This document shows positions 6,537 to 16,465 of a stretch of 36,900 bases of DNA, piece after piece. Source of the stretch: a virus (Duplodnaviria; Caudoviricetes). How positions within the stretch are numbered: the stretch's first letter is position 1; each line of letters opens with the position of its first letter. Where the stretch lies: IMG/VR virus record IMGVR_UViG_3300004093_000031, positions 1-36,900 of that record; one strand, given 5' to 3'. The notes below the pieces were generated by a model that was given only the letters and a program-made list of their open reading frames with translations, searched no databases and had not been told where the DNA came from. The position numbers and the translations under genes are program-made.

Positions 6537-8828
6537 TTGGCCGAACCGCTCGTCATATCGTTTGCCGCGGACACCTCGCGCGCTCAGAGCGCGATGGCGA
6601 CGCTGGCCGGCCAGATCGTGGGCAACATGACCTCGATCGGCGTGGCCATGTCCGGCGGCGCGGCGAACTGCAACGGCTTCGGCGCGGCGCTCCAGGGCCT
6701 CGCGAACAACGCGCAGCGCGCGGCCGCGGCGGTAGGCCGGGACGTGAAGAACATCTCGACGGCCACGGCCAACGCCGCGACCGCGGACCGAGCGACGCTG
6801 GAGGGCGTGGTCCGCGCGTTCACCGGCGCGGCCGCCGCGTCGGAAACCGCCGGCGCCGGCGTGCGCGCCAGCCTCACGGCGACCACCAGCACCATCGCGG
6901 GCGTGGCGGTGCAGATTCCCTCGCTCAACACGCTGCTGGCCGCATTCCTGGGCTTCCAGGCCGCGAAGCTCGTCTTCGACAGCGTGGCGGCCTCCATCGA
7001 GGCGGCGCGCAAGCACATCCAGGAGTACGTGCAGATCGGCAAGGACGCCGAGAAGGTCGGGGTCGGCACGGATTTCTTCCAGCGCGCCACGCTCAGCGCG
7101 GACAAGTTCGGCCTGAAGGTCGAGCAGGTCGTCGCCGCCCTGCAGCATGCGCGCGAGGCCAGCGAGATCCGGATCGGTGAGGGGAAGGATGGCTCGAACA
7201 CCTCAGCGATCGACGGGCGCCTCGAGCAGAACGTCCGCGCGGGCAACCTGACGGCTGCGGACAAGGCCAGCTTCGACAACGCCGGCAGCCAGGAGGCCAA
7301 GATCAAGGCCATCCTGGACCTGATCGACAAGCTCCGGGCCAGCCAGCGCGATCTCGCTGCGTTCGACCTCGCCGGCAAGTTCTTCGGCGCCGACTTCGAG
7401 CGGCAGCTGCGGAACGGCGTCGACCTGACCGCGCAGCTGCGGGACACGCTGAACAGCACCTCGACCACGGTGGCGGGTGTGCGCATCGTCGGGCCGGACG
7501 AGGTCGAGCGGGCCAACCAGCTCGACGCCAAGGCCAAGGACATCGCCGACACCTTCGCGACCGCCCTGGCGCCGATTCAGCGCGACATCTCGAACGCGGT
7601 GCTGGACACCTATCAGGCCTTCCTAAGCGTGGAGGCTGTGATCGCCCGCGTCGTGCAGATCGCGGCGAACCTCTACACGACGATCAGCGGGGTGGTGGGC
7701 AAGGTCCGCGACCTCGTCGGATCGATCCCGGGCATCGGCAAGATCATCACCGCCGGCAACCCGCTGACCTTCCTCCAGGAGGTTGGCAAGGCCACGGGCG
7801 TGATCGAGCCGGACGTGCAGGGGCCGCCCGCGCCGCTGTCCGTGAAGGTGCGTCCGAAGGGGCCGGACCGGTCTGCGGTACTGCCGTCGCTGCGCACGCC
7901 GCGCGCGCGAGAGAGCGGAGGATCCGAGAGCCTCGACGCGGTCGAGACCCTGATCAACCAGCTTGAGAAGGCCCGGGACACCGCGAAGGCCGAGCTCGAC
8001 AACGTCGGCAAGACGAACGTCGAGCGCGAGAAGGCCGTGGCGCTGGCCAAGGCCGAGGCCGCAGCGCGCGAGGAGGTGAAGAAGGGCAACCGCACCGATC
8101 AGGCCCTGGACGATGACGAGCGCTCCCGCGTGCTCGCCGCGGCCGAAGCCATGCAGAAGTACAAGGACGCGACCGAGAACGCCCAGCAGGCGCTGCGGCA
8201 GACCGCGGATGCGGCCCGGTACTTCGCCGAGACTGCCTCGAACGGGCTTGCCGACGCGATCATCAACGGCAAGTCGTTCGGCTCGGTGCTGGCCGATATC
8301 TCGAAGCAGTTGGAGCGCTCGCTGCTCACCGGCCTGCTGACCGGGACCGGCCCGCTCGCCGGGCTGCTCGGCACGGCGCCGCTGGCCAGCGCCGGCAGCA
8401 ACGCGACGGGCGGCCTCCTCGGCAGCGTGTTCGGTAGCGCGCTGCGCGGTGGTGGCGGCTCGGCCGGCTCGCCGCTTCCCGGCGCGCAGGGACCCAGCCT
8501 GCCGTCGGTCGGGATCTTCGACACCATCGCCGGCCTGTTCCGGGCGAACGGCGGGCCGGTCGCGGCCGGCCAGCCGGTGACGGTCGGCGAGATGGGGCGC
8601 GAGCTGTTCGTGCCGAACGCCGACGGCAAGGTGATCCCGATCACCGCCGGCGCCATGGGTGGGGCGCAGTCGGTCGATAACAGCCGGAGCTACTCGATCG
8701 ACGCCCGCGGCGCCCAGGTCGGCGTTGCGGACCAGATCACGGCGGCGCTGGGCACCTACGACCGCAACCTGAATCGGACGCTCGGCGCGCGCACCGCGAC
8801 GGCGAGCCGGCGCTACGGCCGCGGCTGA
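6537..8828 (+). CDS. Phage tail tape measure protein
   Basis: 763 aa, Ala-rich and helical; N-terminal LVISFAADT and C-terminal RANGGPV..G..VGEMGRELFVP...IDARGA. Confidence 0.9.
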   Translation: MAEPLVISFAADTSRAQSAMATLAGQIVGNMTSIGVAMSGGAANCNGFGAALQGLANNAQRAAAAVGRDVKNISTATANAATADRATLEGVVRAFTGAAAASETAGAGVRASLTATTSTIAGVAVQIPSLNTLLAAFLGFQAAKLVFDSVAASIEAARKHIQEYVQIGKDAEKVGVGTDFFQRATLSADKFGLKVEQVVAALQHAREASEIRIGEGKDGSNTSAIDGRLEQNVRAGNLTAADKASFDNAGSQEAKIKAILDLIDKLRASQRDLAAFDLAGKFFGADFERQLRNGVDLTAQLRDTLNSTSTTVAGVRIVGPDEVERANQLDAKAKDIADTFATALAPIQRDISNAVLDTYQAFLSVEAVIARVVQIAANLYTTISGVVGKVRDLVGSIPGIGKIITAGNPLTFLQEVGKATGVIEPDVQGPPAPLSVKVRPKGPDRSAVLPSLRTPRARESGGSESLDAVETLINQLEKARDTAKAELDNVGKTNVEREKAVALAKAEAAAREEVKKGNRTDQALDDDERSRVLAAAEAMQKYKDATENAQQALRQTADAARYFAETASNGLADAIINGKSFGSVLADISKQLERSLLTGLLTGTGPLAGLLGTAPLASAGSNATGGLLGSVFGSALRGGGGSAGSPLPGAQGPSLPSVGIFDTIAGLFRANGGPVAAGQPVTVGEMGRELFVPNADGKVIPITAGAMGGAQSVDNSRSYSIDARGAQVGVADQITAALGTYDRNLNRTLGARTATASRRYGRG

Positions 8829-8831
8829 GCG

Positions 8832-9416
8832 ATGGCGATCTTCGATGCGGCCGGCGCTGCGGCGCTGCGCGGCGCCACGATCACCGCCGAGATCCTGGCG
8901 TTCTTGGATTTCGCGTCGGCGCCACAGCGGATCCACGCCGGCTTCGGGACGCTCCGGGCCGGCGGCTACGACTGGCAAGGCATTGGCGGCCTCGGCTCGA
9001 TCTCGGACATCGAGAGCGCCGTCGGGGGAATCGCCCCGGTGGTCACCTTCACCCTGGAGGGGGTCGGACCCGAGGTCGCGAACGATGTCGTGAACGCGAA
9101 GACGGAGGTGAAGGGCCGCGACTGCGCGGTCTACCTGCAGCTCTACGACCCGTTCCTGAACCCGCTCAGCGGCCTCTACACCCTCTACCGCGGGGTGATG
9201 GACCGACTGATCCATACCGCGGCCAGCGCGGATGCCTGGACCGTGCAGCTCACCGCCGAGACCAAGTTCTCTCGGCGCGGCCTGCCACCGTTCGGCAACC
9301 TGACCAACGCCGACCAGCAGCGCCGCTACCCCGGCGACAACGGCCTGTTCGACATCGCCGAGATGATCAATCGGAGGCGCCCGTGGAATCCCGAGATCCC
9401 GGAGAAGGACACGTGA
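8832..9416 (+). CDS. Phage tail-tip/hub-associated protein
   Basis: G.GTL..GG..WQGIG.LGSIS and DQQRRYPGD.G motifs; follows the tape measure gene. Confidence 0.8.
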   Translation: MAIFDAAGAAALRGATITAEILAFLDFASAPQRIHAGFGTLRAGGYDWQGIGGLGSISDIESAVGGIAPVVTFTLEGVGPEVANDVVNAKTEVKGRDCAVYLQLYDPFLNPLSGLYTLYRGVMDRLIHTAASADAWTVQLTAETKFSRRGLPPFGNLTNADQQRRYPGDNGLFDIAEMINRRRPWNPEIPEKDT

Positions 9417-9802
9417 GCGCCAACCTGATCGCGTTCATGCGCGCCATGGCCCGAGCCTCGTTCGTCTGGGGCTCGTGCGACTGCTCGCTCGTCATGGCGG
9501 ACTGGTGCCGCGCGCGCCGCGGTGTGGATCCGGCAGCCAGCCTGCGGGGACGCTACAGCACGGCGGCCGGCGCGATGCGCCACGTCATCCGGCTGGGCGG
9601 CTTCGAGGCCATGGGCCGCTCGCTCATGGCCGGCTGCGGCTTCTCGGTGACCGCGGCACCCCGCGTCGGCGACGTCGGGCTGGTGACGCATCCCCTCGTC
9701 GGACCGGTCTTCGCGATCCGGTGCGCCCTCGGCTGGGCGGTGAAAAGCCCGGAGGGGTTCGCCGTCGACGAATACCCGACCATCGTGGCCTGGTCCGTCT
9801 GA
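9413..9802 (+). CDS. NlpC/P60-like (DUF6950-type) tail-associated protein
   Basis: FVWGSCDCSL..ADW..G.DPAA.LRGRYST..GA, GDVG, AWSV; GTG start overlaps the upstream stop. Confidence 0.82.
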   Translation: MSANLIAFMRAMARASFVWGSCDCSLVMADWCRARRGVDPAASLRGRYSTAAGAMRHVIRLGGFEAMGRSLMAGCGFSVTAAPRVGDVGLVTHPLVGPVFAIRCALGWAVKSPEGFAVDEYPTIVAWSV

Positions 9803-11265
9803 TGCCTGCTGCCGTCGGTATCGCGATCCTCGGCGAGGTCGGTCTCAGCTCGGTGATCGGCACAACGATCGCCGGCGTCGCCGCCGAGACCCTCGTGGGT
9901 TACGCGGCGATCTCGGCCGGCCTGATCGGTGCGCAGTACGCCGCGCAGGCACTCCAGGGGAGCGAAAAGCGCGCCGACGCCCAGATCACGATCCGTCAGG
10001 CGGTCGCGCCCCGGCGGCGCGTGTTCGGGCAGGCGAAGGTCGGCGGCGTCATTTTCGCCTTGGATACCCGGCCGTACCAGGACGACAACAAGATCCTCTA
10101 CCGAGGCGCGGTCCACTGCGTCGGCCCGGTCAACATCCTCCAGTACTTCTTGGGCGACATCAAAACGAGCCTGCCGTCCGGTCCGGGCGGCATTATTCCG
10201 GATCCCGTCTACCAGGGGAAGGTCGTCATCGAGGGCCACGTCGGCGCAGCCGACCAGCCCGCATCCGCGTCACTGCTGCAGTTGCCCTACTGGGACGCCA
10301 GCATGCAGCTCAACGGGCTGTGCTACTCGGTAGTGGTGGCGACGCCGCTGCGGAAGGGGAGCCAGATCTTCCCCGAGGGCGCCCCGGACGTCCGCCTGCT
10401 CGTGGCGGCCGCCTTCAGCTACGACCCGCGGACCGGCGTCTACGCCTATTACGACAACGCCGCGATCGTGCTGCTGGACTACCTGATGCACGAGAGCGGG
10501 TACGGCATCCCGTTCGCCGAGTTCAACATGCAGACCTTCGCCGATCTGGCCAATGTCTGCGACGAGGTGATCCCGCTGGTGCTGCCGGATCCGAACGGCT
10601 CGACCTCGGAGCCGCGCTATCGCGCATGGGGGAGCTACACCTACGACGAGCAGCGCTCGGACGTGCTGGCCCGGCTGCTCGCGGCCTGCGACGCCGAGCT
10701 CTATCAGGACGCCGACGGGCGGATCGCGGTGCGCGGTGGTCGCTGGCAGCCGCCGACCTTCACCATCGACGAGAGCATGATCCTCGGCTGGGAGCAGCTC
10801 GAGGAGGGTGATGAGGCCTACAACACCTTCACCCGGATCAAGCACACGTACACGGACCCGTTCCAAGACTACCAGCCGACCGAGGGCGATCCCTGGGACG
10901 ACCTGGGCGCGCAGGCCGTCCAGGGTGTCATCGAGACCGAGAAGAGCTTCATCGCCGCGCCGTCGCACAGCCAGTCGCGGCGGCTCGCCAAGATCGCCAT
11001 GGCCAAGGGCAACCCGCGCTTCCGGATCGCCGGACTGCGCCTCTCACCCGCTGGGCTGCCGGCCTACGGCGAGCCGACCGTGGCGCTGAACCTGGCCTCG
11101 TTCGGCATCAACACGACGTTCGCGATCATGCGCGGCACGCTGGCGATGTCGGGCAACGCCCTGACCAGCGTGAAGCTCGACCTGATCTCGCTCGACGCCT
11201 CGGCCTATGCCTGGGACCCGGGGGAGGAAGGCCAGCGGCCACCGCTGCCCGATACCTACAACTGA
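9802..11265 (+). CDS. Phage tail tip / central fibre (gpJ-like) protein
   Basis: APRRRVFGQAKVGG, YDPRTG...NAA...DYL, A.VCDE, SHSQSRRLAK, AYAWDP motifs. Confidence 0.85.
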   Translation: MPAAVGIAILGEVGLSSVIGTTIAGVAAETLVGYAAISAGLIGAQYAAQALQGSEKRADAQITIRQAVAPRRRVFGQAKVGGVIFALDTRPYQDDNKILYRGAVHCVGPVNILQYFLGDIKTSLPSGPGGIIPDPVYQGKVVIEGHVGAADQPASASLLQLPYWDASMQLNGLCYSVVVATPLRKGSQIFPEGAPDVRLLVAAAFSYDPRTGVYAYYDNAAIVLLDYLMHESGYGIPFAEFNMQTFADLANVCDEVIPLVLPDPNGSTSEPRYRAWGSYTYDEQRSDVLARLLAACDAELYQDADGRIAVRGGRWQPPTFTIDESMILGWEQLEEGDEAYNTFTRIKHTYTDPFQDYQPTEGDPWDDLGAQAVQGVIETEKSFIAAPSHSQSRRLAKIAMAKGNPRFRIAGLRLSPAGLPAYGEPTVALNLASFGINTTFAIMRGTLAMSGNALTSVKLDLISLDASAYAWDPGEEGQRPPLPDTYN

Positions 11266-11272
11266 GGCCGGC

Positions 11273-11967
11273 ATGGCGGATCCGATCATCTGGCCGAGCC
11301 TGCTGGTGCCATCCTCTGAGGACTGGTCGCTGCGAGGCGGGACGTGCTCGGGTGGCCAGACCTTCCTCGGAAACGAGCAGGTCGTGGCATCGCCGACGGC
11401 ACGGTGGAAGGCCAGCCGCACGATCCCGTGCATGACGCGCGAGACCAGCCTCGCCATGCGCCGCGTCATCGCTCTGGGCCGCAGCGCGGTGTGGAACGTC
11501 GGCCCCTGTGAGAACACCCGCGCGCCCTGGAACATCGACCTCGTGGGCGGCAAGATCACATACGGCCGAGCGGCGAAACGCCCGGACGTCTACACCGGGG
11601 ACCAGCGTCCGGATCTAGACTTCAAGCTGGCCGTCGCCGCTGCCATGAACGCCGTGGAGCTGACGATCCAGCGAAATCGTGGCGGCGTGCTTGAGCACGG
11701 CATGCTGCTCTCGATCGGCGGCCGGATGCACACGATCGTGGATCTACCGAACGGTGAGCTTGCGGATCCGGGGAGCCAGGGGCCGCGGCCGGCACGGTGG
11801 CCATTGTCATACGCCCCTGGCTGCGAGTGGATGTCGACGCTGGGACGCCCGTCGAGTTCGGCTCCCCCAACGGCCTGATGCGCCTCGCCTCCGACGATAC
11901 CGGGGCGATGGAGCAGCAGCTCTCTCGGTTCAGCACCGTCGCGCTCGACCTCGTCGAAGCGTTCTGA
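11273..11967 (+). pseudogene. Distal-tail-like phage protein with a frameshift near 11779..11782
   Basis: MADPIIWPSLLVP... continues in another frame as AGTVAIVIRPWLRVDVDAGTPVEFGSPNGLMRL...LDLVEAF*, a typical C-terminus for this tail protein family. Confidence 0.75.
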
Positions 11968-11994
11968 CGCGGCCCTTCAGCATTCGAGGCCAGC

Positions 11995-13563
11995 ATGGTC
12001 ACTCGCCCTCAGGCGGGCAATACCGCCCAGACGCTCGCCAGCATCGAGTCGCTCTGCGATGCGGCTGACGTGGCGGCCGCTCAGATCGCGGATCTGGAGG
12101 GCCGGGTCGGCGCTGCGCAGGCCGCGGTGACGGCGGAAGTCACCGCGCGGCAGCAGGCGGTATCGGCGGAGGCACAGGCTCGCGGCACCGCGGTGTCGGC
12201 GGAGGCGCAGGCTCGGCAGCAGGCCCTGACGGGCGAGGCCAATGCCCGGGTGGCCGCGATAGAGCAGGAGCAGCAGGATCGGAGCGCCGCCATCGCCGCG
12301 GCGGCCAAGGACCTCGGCCAACGGATCAGCGACCTGCGGGACAGCCTTGGCGAAGCGTTGCGCGCCGAGACGCAGGCCAGGACCAGCGCTGACGCCGCTG
12401 AGCAGAAGGGCCGCGTGGAGGCAATCAGCGCGCAGGCGCAGGCCCTCGCCGACGCTGTCGATGGCCTTGAAGCGAAGATCGCCACCAAGGCCAGCCTGGA
12501 CGATCTGGATGCCGCTGGTGTCACGCAGGCCAAGGCTCTCGCGGACGCGATTGCCGCCGTGCGCGTGGTCACCGATGGGATCTCGGCCACCATCACCGCG
12601 CAGCGGCTCGACTTTATCGCCTACCCAGGCCGGCCCGGCGACGCGCCGACGCGCTACACCTTCGTGGCGGCGGCCGCAGCTCTCGCCGGGCCCCGCGCGG
12701 CTTTGCCGCTGATCTCGCCCGCGATGCTGGCCGGGACCGAGAACGGAGCGGTGGTGCGCGTGGACGGCGCCGGCATCGTGGCGGGGCGCGCGGCATGTCC
12801 GCTGGAGCCGGGCCGGCTCTACCGGTCGAGGTACGTGATCCAGCGCCGCGCCAACCCGGCGGACCCGAGCGGCGACGCGGTCCTGTGCGGGCTCGTCTTC
12901 CTCGACCAGTCCCTGCGCGTGCTCGGAGACGTGGTGACGATCCGGGCCTATCCTGCACTGACCACCGCGTTCGGCCGGCAGGAATGCGAGGCGCTGATCG
13001 CCCGCACGGCCGGGCTCGGCGAAGCCTTCGTGGCGCCGCCCCGCGCGCGCTTCATGGTGCCGGTCGTCGCGGTCTACGGCCCGGACGCGCTGACCGATGT
13101 CGAGGTACTAAACCTTGAGGACGTCACGGGCTCGTTCGTCCTGGCGCCGCCCCCGGACGGGCTCGAGGCTCGGCTCCATGCGCTCGTGGCGAGCCTCGCC
13201 GCGCGGGTGCAGGTCCTGGAGAGCGAGGCCGGTACGCCCGGGAAGATAACTTTCGGATCACGGGGCGATGCCGCGTCGGCCACGATTCCCGAGAACGTGC
13301 AGGTCGTCGAGCTCCTCGGCTTGCGGTTCGCTGGTGACGGCGCTGGCGGGCTCTTCGTCCGAGTCGGCGGTGATCCCGCGGCTGGGGCCGACACCTTCAC
13401 CTCGGGCGGCGCGGTGTTCGAGCGGGTGCCGGTCCTGCCGGACCTCGCAGCGGCCGCCATGGATGCTGGGTGGGAGAAGTTCGTCGCAGGACTGCCGACG
13501 CAACCGCCGCCAACGCCCGGCTCGCGCTGGAATAGCGGCGGCATCCCGACGGTGTCGCAATGA
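11995..13563 (+). CDS. Putative tail fibre: coiled-coil stalk, beta-rich domain and C-terminal LPT..PG..W motif
   Basis: 11-aa AVSAEAQARQQ repeats, an F.SR..A..ATIP...G..FAGDGAGG segment, and position in the tail module. Confidence 0.72.
   Translation: MVTRPQAGNTAQTLASIESLCDAADVAAAQIADLEGRVGAAQAAVTAEVTARQQAVSAEAQARGTAVSAEAQARQQALTGEANARVAAIEQEQQDRSAAIAAAAKDLGQRISDLRDSLGEALRAETQARTSADAAEQKGRVEAISAQAQALADAVDGLEAKIATKASLDDLDAAGVTQAKALADAIAAVRVVTDGISATITAQRLDFIAYPGRPGDAPTRYTFVAAAAALAGPRAALPLISPAMLAGTENGAVVRVDGAGIVAGRAACPLEPGRLYRSRYVIQRRANPADPSGDAVLCGLVFLDQSLRVLGDVVTIRAYPALTTAFGRQECEALIARTAGLGEAFVAPPRARFMVPVVAVYGPDALTDVEVLNLEDVTGSFVLAPPPDGLEARLHALVASLAARVQVLESEAGTPGKITFGSRGDAASATIPENVQVVELLGLRFAGDGAGGLFVRVGGDPAAGADTFTSGGAVFERVPVLPDLAAAAMDAGWEKFVAGLPTQPPPTPGSRWNSGGIPTVSQ
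12124..12255 (+). repeat. Four degenerate 33-bp tandem units (hendecad coiled coil)
   Basis: AVTAEVTARQQ / AVSAEAQARGT / AVSAEAQARQQ / ALTGEANARVA. Confidence 0.8.
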
Positions 13564-13913
13564 GCGTCGCTCGAGCCGACTTCCGCATGCCGCGCGGCGG
13601 CGTGCCGTTCCTGGCGGTCCGGCTGCATGGCCGGGATCCGCGGACCCAGGAGGTGCGGCGCCTGCCGATCCCGGGCGTGACGATCGAGTGGGCGATCGAC
13701 TGGCCCGACGAGGAGCCGGAGGTCCGGACGCAGTTCTCGGGCGCGCCGCTGAAGATCGACCCCCGCAGCGGCTTCGTCATGTTCCCGATCGAGCGGGCTC
13801 GCGTCGAGGCGCTCCAGGTCGCGGCCCGCCCGGTCGACACCCGTATCCGCCTGCTGATGGCCGATGGGACCCCGGTCCCGTTCCTCACGGGCACGATCTC
13901 GCTGGAGTGCTGA
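13560..13913 (+). CDS. Small phage structural adaptor (BppU-like beta fold, tentative)
   Basis: 117 aa, coupled to the upstream gene; ends FLTGTISLE. Confidence 0.6.
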   Translation: MSVARADFRMPRGGVPFLAVRLHGRDPRTQEVRRLPIPGVTIEWAIDWPDEEPEVRTQFSGAPLKIDPRSGFVMFPIERARVEALQVAARPVDTRIRLLMADGTPVPFLTGTISLEC

Positions 13914-13914
13914 G

Positions 13915-14322
13915 ATGGCTGCTGGCCCGCTTCCCGCCCCGGCGTCGGTGGTCTCCATCGCCCCGCGCATCGAGCCGCACGTGGTCGAGGTCGCTGTCTG
14001 GTATCCGTTCGGCGCGGCGGATGAGGCGGTGGCGGCCGCTGCTGAGAAGGTCGCGGAACTGCTCGCGGCCCCGGACCTCGGCACGCCACTGGTCGACACC
14101 CCCGACGTCGACGACGACAGCCGGCAGGCCGCCAACACCGCCATGGTTCAGGCGGTCGCCCGCGCGGTGATCGCCGAGGCGCAGAACATTGCCGCCGCGG
14201 CCGTGCGCGACCTGATCACCAAGCCCGGCGCCCTCCGCGGGCTGCTGCCGACCGAGCCGCCGCCGGATCCCGGGGTGCCCTGGCTGAACAACGGCGTGCT
14301 TGCCTTCACCCCCGACGCCTGA
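13915..14322 (+). CDS. Phage tail-associated protein with C-terminal LPT.PP..PG..W.N.G motif
   Basis: ATG 1 bp after the upstream stop; the motif is shared with neighbouring genes. Confidence 0.65.
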   Translation: MAAGPLPAPASVVSIAPRIEPHVVEVAVWYPFGAADEAVAAAAEKVAELLAAPDLGTPLVDTPDVDDDSRQAANTAMVQAVARAVIAEAQNIAAAAVRDLITKPGALRGLLPTEPPPDPGVPWLNNGVLAFTPDA

Positions 14323-14334
14323 CGGAGCCAGACC

Positions 14335-14883
14335 ATGAATCCAGCTTGCGCCTCCCTCGGCCTCGTGCCGGGGGACTCTCTCGACGTGCTCATCAACCTC
14401 TACAGCGGCACGGACGGCAACAAGTTGCCGCTCCAGATCGTGCCGGGCGAGGTGTTCGTGCTCACCGTCGGGCGCATCGTCGCCTCGACCGCCGCGGCCG
14501 GGAAGGGCCGGCTGCAGGTGCTGGCCAACGATGATCGCACCACCTTCTCGCGCCAGTTCTCGCCCGAGGAAACCGCCCGCTTCCGCGCCGCGGGCGGCGA
14601 TTGCGGCTCGCCGCTGGAGTGGTCCTTCGTGCGGATCCCGGCCCCGGGAATCCGGCGGACCTATGCGCGTGGCCCGATCGCCCTGTCGTCGCCGAACTGC
14701 GCCGGCCCGGCCATCCGCACCCTCGACCTGACCGTCACGGACGGCGGGGTCGTCATCGAGATGGGCGGCGTGCCCGACGTGGCCTCCTACACGGACGCCC
14801 GCGAGGCCGCCATCCGGCAGGACTTCGACCTGCAGAACCACCAGGCGGAGACCCTCGCCGCCGCTTTCGCGCTCCTGCTCTGA
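14335..14883 (+). CDS. Phage structural hypothetical protein
   Basis: GGAG RBS, high-GC codon usage, position in the operon. Confidence 0.7.
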   Translation: MNPACASLGLVPGDSLDVLINLYSGTDGNKLPLQIVPGEVFVLTVGRIVASTAAAGKGRLQVLANDDRTTFSRQFSPEETARFRAAGGDCGSPLEWSFVRIPAPGIRRTYARGPIALSSPNCAGPAIRTLDLTVTDGGVVIEMGGVPDVASYTDAREAAIRQDFDLQNHQAETLAAAFALLL

Positions 14884-14892
14884 AGGTGAACC

Positions 14893-16245
14893 ATGCGCAA
14901 TCCGGCAGCCGTCTCCTACTCCTTCAACCACACGAACCGGACCGTCGACTTCTCGGCTGAGCCGGGGTTCGACATCCGGATCCTGAAGGGGATCTTCCAC
15001 CTCCCGAGCGGGACGTTCCTCTACTTCCCGGGCCTGCCGATGCTGGGCTATGATGCGCTCAACGGCGCGGTCCTGACGCTGAAGGCGAACACCTCCGGCC
15101 TCAACGACAACGACCCGCTGCTCTGCATCCTTGATGACGGGCTCAACGGCGGCGCATCGGCGGCCAAGCAGGAAGACCAGAAGGCGATCCTCCAGAGCAT
15201 CCTGGGCGTGCTGAGCAACCAGCGCGCCGAGACGCTCTGGACCGACAACACGGGCAAGTTCTACGTCCGCCTGGACAACGGCGCGGGTTCGATCTCCTGG
15301 ACTACGATCTCCGGCGCGCCGAGCAGCCCGCCCGGCGCCGGTGCGCGGCCGGAGACGGACAGCGGCACGGTCGTGTCGCAGTCCACCTATCGCGCCACCG
15401 CGGCCGGGACCGGCTTCAGCATCGGCGACGTGCTCAGTCACCTCGCGGTGACCGATAACGCCGCCGGCGCCCTGGTGTCGAGCTTCTGGCTCAACGTCAC
15501 CACCGGCGCGCGGATCGACCCGCCGGCCTCGGCCTCGATCACGCCGCTGGCGCCGCTGCCGGATGGGGCGGCCACGGCCGACAACCAGGCCGCGGCCAAC
15601 CTCTTTGTGGGCGAGCTCGTGACGGCGGCCGGCGCGCCGACGGATGGAGATCCCGGCGCGGACACGTCGCCGGGATCGATCATCGCGAAGCTGACCCGCC
15701 TGCTGATGTCGACCACCGGCCTCGGCGGCCTGCTGACCGACATCAAGGCGCGCCTGCCGTCCTCCCTCTCGAGCGGTCGGCTCGCGGTCGACGGCTCCGG
15801 GGTGACCCAGCCGGTGGCCGGTGTTGGCGCGATCGGAGCCGCCCCGGCGACGCCGCCGCTGCACATCGCGGCGCTGGATTCACTCGGGCGTAAGCGGGCG
15901 CTCAAGGTCAGCGACGACGGCGCGCTCGTGATCGCCACGCCCGTTCCGGGCAGCGTGGTCACCGGGCAGATCGTGATCGTGACCACCGGCACGCCCGTGC
16001 AGCTCCCGACCTTCCCGCTGCGCAATGGCGTGGTGGTGAAGGCGTCGGTCGGCAACGCGCAGCCCGACGCGACGGCGAAGACCAGCGCCATGGTCGGCCC
16101 GCAGAACGTGACCATGCAGTACGACGGGCACGGGAACGGCTACCCCCTTTCGCCGGGCGAAGCCGCCTCCTTCGCCTGTGCCGACGCCAGCAACGTCTGG
16201 GTCAACGGCACGGCCGGCGACGTCTTCTCCTTCGAAGGGAACTGA
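14893..16245 (+). CDS. Multi-domain phage structural protein
   Basis: 450 aa, Gly/Thr/Ala-rich; C-terminal small beta domain (GTPVQLP..GVVVKA..GYPLSPGE..NVWVNG). Confidence 0.72.
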   Translation: MRNPAAVSYSFNHTNRTVDFSAEPGFDIRILKGIFHLPSGTFLYFPGLPMLGYDALNGAVLTLKANTSGLNDNDPLLCILDDGLNGGASAAKQEDQKAILQSILGVLSNQRAETLWTDNTGKFYVRLDNGAGSISWTTISGAPSSPPGAGARPETDSGTVVSQSTYRATAAGTGFSIGDVLSHLAVTDNAAGALVSSFWLNVTTGARIDPPASASITPLAPLPDGAATADNQAAANLFVGELVTAAGAPTDGDPGADTSPGSIIAKLTRLLMSTTGLGGLLTDIKARLPSSLSSGRLAVDGSGVTQPVAGVGAIGAAPATPPLHIAALDSLGRKRALKVSDDGALVIATPVPGSVVTGQIVIVTTGTPVQLPTFPLRNGVVVKASVGNAQPDATAKTSAMVGPQNVTMQYDGHGNGYPLSPGEAASFACADASNVWVNGTAGDVFSFEGN

Positions 16246-16247
16246 CC

Positions 16248-16436
16248 ATGCCGGCCCCCGCTATTCCCCCCGCCTCGATGAGCCAGGGACTGCTTGTCGC
16301 CCTGCTCCTCGCTCAGTCCGGCGCTGTCCTGAAGGCCGTCAAGGCGGCCCTCCCGAAGACGCCCGACGGTCTGAACCCCGGCGACCCGTGGGACAACGGC
16401 GATACGATCGCCTTCGTCGCGCAGCCCACCACCTGA
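16248..16436 (+). CDS. Small phage protein with LP...PG..W.NG motif
   Basis: 62 aa, 2 bp after the upstream stop; ends ALPKTPDGLNPGDPWDNGDTIAFV. Confidence 0.65.
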   Translation: MPAPAIPPASMSQGLLVALLLAQSGAVLKAVKAALPKTPDGLNPGDPWDNGDTIAFVAQPTT

Positions 16437-16465
16437 CCGCAGCCAACCGCACAAGGAATCCACGC

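Noticed and set aside
12124-12255. 33-bp periodic repeats as a CRISPR array
   Set aside because: They are in-frame degenerate coding repeats with no unique spacers and no cas genes.
3152-15864. Long antisense ORFs (e.g. 3152..4813 +, 7623..9215 -, 13885..15864 -)
   Set aside because: Shadow frames of high-GC genes, with Arg/Gly/Ala-rich low-information translations opposite well-supported genes.
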